A stretch of DNA of 64,000 bases from Flavobacteriaceae bacterium (GTDB taxonomy: Bacteria; Bacteroidota; Bacteroidia; Flavobacteriales; Flavobacteriaceae): positions 40,965 to 104,964 of the forward strand of contig JBPEWY010000083.1 in NCBI GenBank assembly GCA_052032225.1. Reading direction: 5' to 3'. Positions 1-7,510 of the stretch are shown piece by piece. The notes beneath the pieces were generated by a model, which was given only the letters and a program-made list of their open reading frames with translations, searched no databases and was not told the DNA's origin. The translations under genes were made by a program, and so were the position numbers. Each line of letters begins with the position of its first letter. Position 1 is the first letter of the stretch.

Positions 1-1
1 A

Positions 2-136
2 ATGCACACTACCTATAACGGCAAGTTAAAACCTCAAAAAAACGAGGGTATAGACAAAGTAGTTTGGCTTGACGAAAAAGAAGCCAAAGAGGCGTTAGAA
101 AAATCGTATGCAAATATTAAAACCTTATTTAATTAG
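2..136 (+). CDS. 3' end of a gene cut by the window edge; product not identifiable (tail ...GIDKVVWLDEKEAKEALEKSYANIKTLFN)
   Basis: Frame 2 is open from the window edge to TAG at 134-136. It has no start in the window, so it is absent from the ORF track. It overlaps the stop of the convergent peptidase gene by 8 nt. Confidence 0.3.
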   Translation: MHTTYNGKLKPQKNEGIDKVVWLDEKEAKEALEKSYANIKTLFN

Positions 137-1901
137 GGTTGCCCTTTAAAACTCTATAAACCGGATACTGCAAGTGAGCCGGCTCATAGTAAGGAGAATT
201 TTTGTAAATCCAGCTTAATTGAGCAAACCAATTGTTAGCAAAATTCTCGTCTGTTTCTTTTAAGTTTTTAAAAGCGCTTTGAAGGCTATCGTTTTCTACC
301 AATAAATTAGCAGCAATGTCTTCAAAAACATATGGAGAAAAGCCTTCTTTTTGTTGCAAAATCGTATCGAAAAAATTCCAATTAAAAAAAGAATCAACAG
401 CTTCAGGCTCTAGAGTTTCTAATAAATATCTAATTCCTTTTTGTTGTGTTGAAATATATAAATCACCCTTTTTAAACTGAACCTTTTTTAGAGTCTTGCT
501 TACTTTAGTATTAAAGTGAGGATAATGCCCTTCATAAGGTCTTGAGTAAGTTTCGTAGCTTTCAATTTTATAGCTTTCTACCAGCAAAGTAGTGTCGGCC
601 TCTAAGGGTTGCATTATTATTTTATTTTGCTCTAACAGGGGTATTATATTCCACCAATTTTTTGGAATTATATATGCCTCAGGAACGGTTACGCTATGGG
701 TTGGTTTTAGAAAGTTTTTATAAGTTACCTCTTTAGTAAAAGGCTTATCTTGATGATATTTTAAGCGCATTAAACCGGTTACTTTACTGGTATCTAAAGT
801 TGCTTCATAACCTTTAAAATTAAGCGTTGTTATTTGGGTTGTATCTATTTCCCATTGCAATGGGTATTGGGTTATGTTAGCATAATATTCAAAAGCATCT
901 TTTCTTGCAGATTTTATAGTAATATGCTCATTTTCTGCTACATCTATTGCAGCTTGTAAAATAGCATAAGTGCCTTCTACACGCTGCTTGTAAGGTTTTA
1001 GCATATGCGTTTCTACCATTAGCCCTAAGGTGTTCCAGAGAGCAGTGTATCCGGTAGAATAGCGAGGATAATCTATAAATTGAGAGAATCCTTTTTCTGG
1101 TACAGCATTAAATACATTTACATACGGGGTAACATCCCAATCTTTATTTTTAAGAGATTCTTCTATTGCGGGCATAAATTTATTTTGAAGATAATTACCT
1201 AATTCACCACCTAACTTGTTATGCTGTGTAAATAAATGTGTAAGAGTATATTGGTAATCTGCACCGTTGCTAACATGAGTATCTATAAACACATCTGGTT
1301 GAACTAAATGATAGATTTCTGCAAACGAGCGAGCGTTTTTGGTATCTGCTTTTATAAAATCTCTATTTAAATCATAATTTCTGGCATTGCCTCTAAAGCC
1401 GTATTCTTTTGGTCCATTCTGGTTAGCTCTTGTATGGCTATTTCTGTTCAACGCACCACCAATGTTATATATAGGTATGGCTACTATAATTGTATGTTTT
1501 GGAGGTTTAATTTTTTTTAATGCTAAATCTCTAAAGAGTAACATGGTAGCGTCTATACCATCGGGCTCTCCGGGGTGAATACCATTATTTATTAAGAGTA
1601 TAGTTTTTTTCTCTCGGGCTTTGTTAAAATTAAATTCGCCATCCTCGTTGTATGTTACAATATGCAATGGAATTCCGCTATCTGTAGCTCCCATTGTTTG
1701 CATATTTATTTCTGGAGAATGTTTAGAAAGCTCTATATAAAAATCTATAACTTCTTGATAGGCAGGTGTTTCTGTGCCTTTAGTTTTTTCAAAATGAGTG
1801 GTGAACTTTTCTTTTTGTTTGGCTTCTTCGTCTTTACATCCTACAAAAAAGCAGGTAATAAGTAAAAAGCTAATTAAGCGTAAAGCATATATTTTTTGCA
1901 T
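129..1901 (-). CDS. M14-family zinc carboxypeptidase, probable lipoprotein
   Basis: 590-aa ORF. Signal peptide ends in a lipobox-like FFVGC. HPGE (HxxE) zinc motif in NNGIHPGEPDG, and carboxypeptidase-like NRNSHTRANQNG / DLNRDF segments. Confidence 0.85.
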   Translation of the reverse strand: MQKIYALRLISFLLITCFFVGCKDEEAKQKEKFTTHFEKTKGTETPAYQEVIDFYIELSKHSPEINMQTMGATDSGIPLHIVTYNEDGEFNFNKAREKKTILLINNGIHPGEPDGIDATMLLFRDLALKKIKPPKHTIIVAIPIYNIGGALNRNSHTRANQNGPKEYGFRGNARNYDLNRDFIKADTKNARSFAEIYHLVQPDVFIDTHVSNGADYQYTLTHLFTQHNKLGGELGNYLQNKFMPAIEESLKNKDWDVTPYVNVFNAVPEKGFSQFIDYPRYSTGYTALWNTLGLMVETHMLKPYKQRVEGTYAILQAAIDVAENEHITIKSARKDAFEYYANITQYPLQWEIDTTQITTLNFKGYEATLDTSKVTGLMRLKYHQDKPFTKEVTYKNFLKPTHSVTVPEAYIIPKNWWNIIPLLEQNKIIMQPLEADTTLLVESYKIESYETYSRPYEGHYPHFNTKVSKTLKKVQFKKGDLYISTQQKGIRYLLETLEPEAVDSFFNWNFFDTILQQKEGFSPYVFEDIAANLLVENDSLQSAFKNLKETDENFANNWFAQLSWIYKNSPYYEPAHLQYPVYRVLKGNPN

Positions 1902-1936
1902 GAAAGAGGATGAGTTTATTTTTACAATTTAAAGCG

Positions 1937-2395
1937 CTATTTTTTAACAACTACTGTATTAGGGACTAGGCTGGTGTAATCACCACCGTTTCTGATTACA
2001 TCTCTAACAATAGATGAGCTTATGTACGATTTTCCGGAAGAGGTTAATAAAAAAACCGTTTCTATTTCAGATAATTTTCGGTTGGTATGAGCAATGGCTT
2101 TTTCAAACTCAAAATCTGCCGGATTTCTAAGGCCTCTTAAAATAAAATCGGCATTTACTTTTTTACAAAAATCTACCGTAAGTCCTTCGTATGTCATTAC
2201 CTTAATTTTAGGCTCATTTTTAAATGCCTCTTCTATAAATTGTTTTCGCTCATTTAGAGAAAACATATAGTTTTTATCGGCATTTAAACCTATGGCTATA
2301 ATAAGCTCATCAAATAATGTAATTCCTCTGGTTATAATATCGTAATGTCCTAACGTAATAGGATCAAACGAACCCGGAAAAATAGCTCTTCTCAT
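1937..2395 (-). CDS. coaD: Phosphopantetheine adenylyltransferase
   Basis: N-terminus FPGSFDPITLGHYDII (nucleotidyltransferase HxGH motif), a 152-aa length typical of CoaD, and ISSSIVR near the C-terminus. Confidence 0.95.
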   Translation of the reverse strand: MRRAIFPGSFDPITLGHYDIITRGITLFDELIIAIGLNADKNYMFSLNERKQFIEEAFKNEPKIKVMTYEGLTVDFCKKVNADFILRGLRNPADFEFEKAIAHTNRKLSEIETVFLLTSSGKSYISSSIVRDVIRNGGDYTSLVPNTVVVKK

Positions 2396-2405
2396 TCTGG
2401 TAAAG

Positions 2406-3389
2406 TTACATTTTTTTATTTAATGCTTCTTGTATGGCGTTGTCAAACAAATCCGGCAAAGATATGCCTGCAGCCTTTGCCTGTTGCGGGATTATGCTTG
2501 CCGTAGATAATCCCGGTACGGTATTCACTTCTAATAAATGTGGTTCTCCGTTAACAAAAATAAACTCAGAACGGGTAAAACCATCCATTTTTAAAATGGT
2601 ATATATTTTTTTAGCTATATCAGCAACTTTAGTTGCCCATTCTTCAGAAATTCTGGCAGGAGTTATTTCTTGAGATTTGCCTAAATATTTAGCTTCGTAA
2701 TCAAAAAAATCATTTTCAGAAACTATTTCTGTAATGGGTAATACTGTAACTTCTCCTTTATATTTTAACACTCCAACGGTTACCTCAGTACCATCTAAAA
2801 AAGACTCAATAATAATCTCATCGTCTTCTGTAAAAGCCTTATTTATAGCATCTTTAAGTTGTTCAGCTTTAGTAATTTTAGTGATTCCGAAGCTGCTCCC
2901 GGCTTTATTGGCTTTTACAAAGCACGGTAGTCCAACAGCTTTAATTATAGCTTCTTCGTTTATAGTATCTCCTTTGTTGAGGTAATAAGATGCTGCAGTT
3001 TTAATGCCATAAGGTTTTAATGTAGCAAGCAAATCTCTTTTGTTAAAGGTAAGAGCAGCTTGATACATATTGCAACTGGTATGTGGGATGTTTAACAAAT
3101 GAAAATAAGCCTGAATATAACCGTCTTCGCCCGGCGTACCATGAATTGCATTAAAAACACAATCAAACACAATTTTTTTATGGTTAACGGTAATTGTAAA
3201 ATCGTGTTTATTTACAGGATGTTCCTGATTGGCGTCATCTATATAAACCCATCTGTCTTTTAAAATAAGAATTCTGTACGGATTATATTTTTCTCTATCT
3301 AAGTTTTGGTAAACCACATTACCACTTTTAACGGATATTTCGTATTCGCTAGAATATCCGCCCATAATTATAGCGATGTTTTTTTTCAT
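2406..3389 (-). CDS. ddl: D-alanine--D-alanine ligase
   Basis: 327 aa. MGGYSSEYEISVKSG N-terminus, HGTPGEDG and an ATP-grasp core (FVKANKAGSSFGI ... LEVNTVPG). Confidence 0.95.
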   Translation of the reverse strand: MKKNIAIIMGGYSSEYEISVKSGNVVYQNLDREKYNPYRILILKDRWVYIDDANQEHPVNKHDFTITVNHKKIVFDCVFNAIHGTPGEDGYIQAYFHLLNIPHTSCNMYQAALTFNKRDLLATLKPYGIKTAASYYLNKGDTINEEAIIKAVGLPCFVKANKAGSSFGITKITKAEQLKDAINKAFTEDDEIIIESFLDGTEVTVGVLKYKGEVTVLPITEIVSENDFFDYEAKYLGKSQEITPARISEEWATKVADIAKKIYTILKMDGFTRSEFIFVNGEPHLLEVNTVPGLSTASIIPQQAKAAGISLPDLFDNAIQEALNKKM

Positions 3390-3469
3390 GTAAAAAGCTA
3401 ATTATTAATTGTGGTTGCTAAAACAAAAATATCATTATTTTAATGCAATGTAAAAAGTATTGGGTTTTA

Positions 3470-3477
3470 TATCTTTG
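3470..3477 (+). promoter_or_regulatory. Bacteroidetes-type -7 promoter box TATCTTTG
   Basis: Matches TAnnTTTG, 15 nt upstream of the ATG at 3493. Confidence 0.4.
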
Positions 3478-3492
3478 CTTTAAAATCTTAAT

Positions 3493-4080
3493 ATGAGCTT
3501 TATTTCATTTTTAAAAAGTAAAACCTTTTTACGTCATATAGGTTTAATGGCGGTTACTGCTATTGTTTTGGTTGTTTTAATGCTACAATGGCTTAAAGCC
3601 TCTACCAACCACGGGGAGCATATTTTAGTACCCGATTTAGCCGGTAAAACAATGATAGAAGTAAGAGAACTTTTAGATAAAGCCGGATTAAGATACCAGG
3701 TTTTAGATTCGGCAAATTATAATCCAAAATACCCACGTTTTTCTGTAATAGAGCAAAACCCACCGGCAGGAGAGTTAGTTAAAGAAGACAGGAAAATTTA
3801 TTTAACCGTTAACCCTTCAGGATATAAAGATGTTACCATCCCAGATATTATACAAGTAACACGCAGAAATGCTGAAGCCAGACTTAGAGCTGTAGGGTTA
3901 GAAGTTGGTAGAGTTACGTATATTGATGAGCTTGGTAAAGACATGGTTTATTACATAAAGTATAAAGGAAAAGACATAAAGCCGGGCGAAAAACTTCCTA
4001 AAACATCTAAAGTAGAGTTGGTTTGCGGTAACGGTACGGTTACCGAACGTGCTCAAATTAAAGCAAATTCAGAAGATTAA
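3493..4080 (+). CDS. PASTA domain-containing membrane protein
   Basis: N-terminal TM helix followed by repeated about 65-aa PASTA-like units (VPDLAGKTMIEVRELLDKAGL..., IPDIIQVTRRNAEARLRAVGLEVG...). Confidence 0.8.
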   Translation: MSFISFLKSKTFLRHIGLMAVTAIVLVVLMLQWLKASTNHGEHILVPDLAGKTMIEVRELLDKAGLRYQVLDSANYNPKYPRFSVIEQNPPAGELVKEDRKIYLTVNPSGYKDVTIPDIIQVTRRNAEARLRAVGLEVGRVTYIDELGKDMVYYIKYKGKDIKPGEKLPKTSKVELVCGNGTVTERAQIKANSED

Positions 4081-4083
4081 TAA

Positions 4084-5121
4084 ATGACAACCAATAATAC
4101 CGATTTAGAACAATCTCAAGATGATGAGCTGTATGAACATTACAGTTTTACAGCAAGTAAAGGACAAGAGCCTTTACGAGTAGATAAATTTTTAATGAAT
4201 TTTATTGAGAACGCTACTCGAAATAAAATTCAACAAGCAGCTAAAAACGGTAACATTTGGGTTAATGGTACTGTTGTAAAGCAAAACTATAAAGTAAAAG
4301 CAAACGATGTTGTAAAGGTTCTTTTTGAGCATCCTCCGTATGAATTTTTACTTACTCCAGAGAATATTCCGTTAGATATAGTTTTTGAAGATGACGAGGT
4401 TTTGGTTGTAAATAAACCGGCAGGAATGGTTGTGCATCCGGGGCATGGTAATTATTCAGGAACGCTTATAAATGCCCTTGTATATCATTTTGATAACCTT
4501 CCTCAAAACAGTAACAACAGACCCGGATTGGTTCATAGAATAGATAAAGATACAAGTGGGCTCCTTGCCATTGCCAAGACAGAGCACGCAATGAATCACC
4601 TGGCAAAACAGTTTTTTAATAAAACCAGTGAACGCGAATACCTTGCTTTAGTTTGGGGAAATGTAGAAGAAGATCAAGGCACTATAGAAGGTAACATTGG
4701 GAGGCATCCTAAAAATAGATTGCAAATGGCTGTTTTTGAAGACGGCTCACAAGGTAAAGAAGCCATTACACACTACAAAGTTATAGAGCGTTTGGGGTAT
4801 GTAACTTTAGTGTCTTGCCGATTAGAAACCGGAAGAACTCATCAAATTAGAGTTCATATGAAACACATTGGGCATACTTTATTTAATGATGAGCGCTACG
4901 GAGGCAATAAAATTTTAAAAGGAACAGCTTTTACTAAATACAAACAATTTGTAGAAAACTGTTTTAAAATACTTCCAAGGCAAGCACTACACGCTAAAAC
5001 ATTAGGGTTTGAACATCCTACTACAGGAGAATTTTTAAAATTTGAAGCTCCAATTCCGTCAGACATGCAATCCTGTATAGAAAAGTGGAGAATGTATGCA
5101 AAACATGCCAAACCCGAATAA
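4084..5121 (+). CDS. rluD: 23S rRNA pseudouridine synthase, RluA/RluD family
   Basis: S4-like N-terminal domain (RVDKFLMNF...), catalytic HRIDKDTSG motif and a TGRTHQIRVH motif. Confidence 0.9.
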   Translation: MTTNNTDLEQSQDDELYEHYSFTASKGQEPLRVDKFLMNFIENATRNKIQQAAKNGNIWVNGTVVKQNYKVKANDVVKVLFEHPPYEFLLTPENIPLDIVFEDDEVLVVNKPAGMVVHPGHGNYSGTLINALVYHFDNLPQNSNNRPGLVHRIDKDTSGLLAIAKTEHAMNHLAKQFFNKTSEREYLALVWGNVEEDQGTIEGNIGRHPKNRLQMAVFEDGSQGKEAITHYKVIERLGYVTLVSCRLETGRTHQIRVHMKHIGHTLFNDERYGGNKILKGTAFTKYKQFVENCFKILPRQALHAKTLGFEHPTTGEFLKFEAPIPSDMQSCIEKWRMYAKHAKPE

Positions 5122-5191
5122 CTATAAATAAATACTATTGCTTAATTAAAACATTCTAAGCATTCTGCTCTTAGAAATTAATTAGCATTTG

Positions 5192-5199
5192 TAAATTTG
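5192..5199 (+). promoter_or_regulatory. -7 promoter box TAAATTTG
   Basis: Matches TAnnTTTG, 21 nt upstream of the yaaA ATG at 5221. Confidence 0.4.
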
Positions 5200-5220
5200 A
5201 TATCAATCAAAATTATAATC

Positions 5221-5979
5221 ATGAAAGTTGTATTATCTCCGGCTAAATCATTAAACTTTGAGAGTAAAGTTCCTACTGAAACTTATACAGAGGCAACCTT
5301 TTTAACCGAAGCAGAACGAATTAATAAGGTGCTAAAGTCTAAATCTCCAAAGAGTTTAAGCAAGCTCATGGGAATTTCTGAAAGTTTGGCTGAGCTTAAT
5401 TACAACAGAAATCAAGATTGGCAATTACCAATTACTCCAGATAAAGGAAGGCAAGCTGTTTATGCTTTTAGCGGAGATGTTTATCGTGGGCTAGATGTGT
5501 ATACTCTACCCGAAGATAAAATAGACAACTTACAAAATACCGTTAGAATACTATCGGGTTTATATGGTTTGCTTAAACCACTAGACTTAATATTACCATA
5601 CAGATTAGAGATGGGAACCAAATTAGCCATTGGTAAAAACAAAAATTTGTATGAGTTCTGGAAAAAGAAGATTACCGAAGCATTAAATAGTGAGCTTTCA
5701 GACAATGAGGTTTTTGTAAATTTAGCAAGTAACGAATACTTTAAAGCCATAGATGCCAAACAGCTTAAGGTTCCGGTAATTACAGCATCTTTTAAAGATT
5801 ACAAAAATGGTACTTACAAATCTATTATGACGTATGCTAAATTGGCAAGAGGTTATATGGCAAGATATATTTTAGAGACTAATGCTAAAACACTGGACGA
5901 TTTAAAAGGATTTAATTATGAAGGATATGGCTTTAGTGAAGAATTTTCATCAGAAAATGAATTAGTATTTATTCGATAA
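5221..5979 (+). CDS. yaaA: Peroxide stress protein YaaA (UPF0246/DUF328)
   Basis: MKVVLSPAKSLNFE N-terminus and YRGLD / ILSGLYGLL..D...YRLEM motifs. The ATG at 5221 is preferred over the track start at 5197. Confidence 0.9.
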   Translation: MKVVLSPAKSLNFESKVPTETYTEATFLTEAERINKVLKSKSPKSLSKLMGISESLAELNYNRNQDWQLPITPDKGRQAVYAFSGDVYRGLDVYTLPEDKIDNLQNTVRILSGLYGLLKPLDLILPYRLEMGTKLAIGKNKNLYEFWKKKITEALNSELSDNEVFVNLASNEYFKAIDAKQLKVPVITASFKDYKNGTYKSIMTYAKLARGYMARYILETNAKTLDDLKGFNYEGYGFSEEFSSENELVFIR

Positions 5980-6007
5980 AAAAAGCTCCCAACTGGGAGC
6001 TTTTTTG
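5978..6007. terminator. Bidirectional intrinsic terminator between convergent genes
   Basis: AAAAAAA-AGCTCCC-AACT-GGGAGCT-TTTTTT: a 7-bp stem flanked by an A-run and a T-run, between yaaA (+) and the bTHX-like gene (-). Confidence 0.7.
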
Positions 6008-6283
6008 TTATTCTGCCTTTTTCTTAGTAGTTGTTTTTTTAGTTGTAGTTTTTGCTTTAGTTGTTGTGGTCTTTTTTGCTGTTGTTTTTTTAGCCGTAGT
6101 TTTTGCTTTAGTGGTTTTAGGCGCACTTGCTTTTTTAGCTGTTGCAGTAGTCTTTTCTTTGGCTTTTGTTTCTTTTTTTACAGCTTCAACTACTGCAGCA
6201 CGGGCTTTTTTTCTAGGCCGATGCTTGCCGTAACTGCCCATTATAATTTTACCACGACGCGTTTTTTTATCACCTTTTCCCAT
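6008..6283 (-). CDS. Ribosomal protein bTHX paralog with a long Lys/Thr/Ala-rich C-terminal tail
   Basis: The first 27 aa, [27 protein letters not shown], match the whole Thermus Thx peptide pattern (GKGDxRTRRGKIxxGxYGKxRPRKK). The remaining 64 aa contain only K/T/A/E/V/S/P/R. Confidence 0.75.
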   Translation of the reverse strand: MGKGDKKTRRGKIIMGSYGKHRPRKKARAAVVEAVKKETKAKEKTTATAKKASAPKTTKAKTTAKKTTAKKTTTTKAKTTTKKTTTKKKAE

Positions 6284-6347
6284 AAAGTTTTCATTTTTGT
6301 TGGTTAGCTTTTAAAAGTACTATTTTTAGCACTTAATTCAAAATCAT

Positions 6348-7007
6348 ATGTTTAAGCATACTCACCCGTATTCTGCTTATATTCCAGAAAATACTAAGAA
6401 ACTTATTGTAGGAACATTGCCTCCTCCCAGATTTACAACAAGAACACTAAAAGATAAAGATGTAGATTTTTGCTATGGTAGTAAAGATGGTTTGCTATGG
6501 CCTATTTTAGAAAAAATTTACAATACACCATTATTATATGAAAACTCACAAGAAGCAATTACCCAAAGAAAACAATTGTTACAACAACACCAACTGGGAA
6601 TTTGCGATATAGTAGAGTATGCTTATAGAGATAAAATTGATGCTTCAGATTTAGGAATGAAAAATTTAAAACTTAGAGATGTAATAGAATATGTAAAAAA
6701 ACATCAATCAATAACAACATTACTTTTTATGGGCGGAAACAGTAAAAACGGTCCGGAATATTTGTTTAGAAAACTTGTAAAAAAACATGGATTACCTTTT
6801 GTAGAAGTTACTAATACATTACCCAGAATTCACAAACTCACAATTGGTAAAAGAGAAATAAAAACAGTGTCTTTAATAGCGCCTTCAGGAAGTGCAAACA
6901 GAGCAATAGGGAGTATGCTTTTATACAAACAAAAAAAAGCTATCAACCCAGAGTACAATACTTTTTTATTTAGAGTAGAACAATACAGACCCTACTTTTT
7001 GGGCTAA
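6348..7007 (+). CDS. Possible uracil-DNA glycosylase superfamily protein
   Basis: 219 aa. LIVGTLPPP near the N-terminus and APSGSANR near the C-terminus resemble UDG-superfamily motifs A and B (GxxP... / HPSxxN). The match is weak and judged by eye. Confidence 0.4.
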   Translation: MFKHTHPYSAYIPENTKKLIVGTLPPPRFTTRTLKDKDVDFCYGSKDGLLWPILEKIYNTPLLYENSQEAITQRKQLLQQHQLGICDIVEYAYRDKIDASDLGMKNLKLRDVIEYVKKHQSITTLLFMGGNSKNGPEYLFRKLVKKHGLPFVEVTNTLPRIHKLTIGKREIKTVSLIAPSGSANRAIGSMLLYKQKKAINPEYNTFLFRVEQYRPYFLG

Positions 7008-7135
7008 CCGTTGTTTACGGTTTCGCCCTTAACGTGTTTGGGTCTTAATCTAAATTTTTTTCTTCTGGGACGTAGCTTTCCAAAAGAGCCCATTATAATT
7101 TTACCTCGCCGTGTTTTTTTATCACCTTTTCCCAT
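7004..7135 (-). CDS. Ribosomal protein bTHX (short, canonical-size paralog); not in ORF track
   Basis: Hand translation gives [43 protein letters not shown] (43 aa). The first 16 residues are identical to the 6008-6283 paralog. Confidence 0.75.
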   Translation of the reverse strand: MGKGDKKTRRGKIIMGSFGKLRPRRKKFRLRPKHVKGETVNNG

Positions 7136-7266
7136 TAAACTTTTTCTTTTTTAGTATGTTCAGAAATGGTTTTAGCATTTGGGTTAAATTCTTTTACTTT
7201 TTTTCTAAGTCTTCCAAAAATAGAAAACAAATTTTGTTTGCGTTTTTCCTTCTTTTCTTTAATCAT
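7135..7266 (-). CDS. Unannotated 43-codon basic micro-ORF, translationally coupled to bTHX
   Basis: [43 protein letters not shown]. Its TAA shares one nucleotide with the bTHX ATG (TAATG at 7133-7137). I recognise no homology. Confidence 0.35.
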   Translation of the reverse strand: MIKEKKEKRKQNLFSIFGRLRKKVKEFNPNAKTISEHTKKEKV

Positions 7267-7474
7267 AACTCAACATTTTAGGTTAAACAACTGTATATAA
7301 AATACTAAAAAACTAAGTTAATGTCAAGTATTATAAGCTTTTTAGTGTCGTTAAAAAGTGTTAAACAGTAATAATTTAGAAGTAGTTTTTTAACATAAAA
7401 ACGTTTTTAGAAAAGAGTTATAGTGGTATTAACTTTTATTATTAAGGCTGTTGTAAAGCCTATTTTTTTAGGTA

Positions 7475-7482
7475 TAAATTTG
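7475..7482 (+). promoter_or_regulatory. -7 promoter box TAAATTTG
   Basis: Matches TAnnTTTG, 16-28 nt upstream of the candidate receptor starts (GTG 7499, ATG 7511). Confidence 0.4.
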
Positions 7483-7510
7483 TATAGTTATAATTTAAGT
7501 GAAACATAAG

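Noticed and set aside
129-136. 8-nt overlap of convergent stop codons (partial gene and M14 peptidase)
   Set aside because: This is a trivial overlap of convergent 3' ends with no sign of functional significance.
6005-6307. 100-aa Cys/Phe/Ser-rich ORF on the + strand (MLFCLFLSSCFFSCSFCFSCCGLFCCCFF...)
   Set aside because: It is the antisense reading of the Lys/Thr-rich (AAA/ACN) tail of the bTHX-like gene. The minus-strand frame has an unmistakable THX N-terminus, so this ORF is a compositional mirror artefact.
7444-7470. Weak hairpin AGGCT-GTTGTAA-AGCCT plus a T-run upstream of the TonB-dependent receptor
   Set aside because: It is only a 5-bp stem with no upstream + strand gene to terminate, and it sits just before the candidate promoter. 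It is probably fortuitous.
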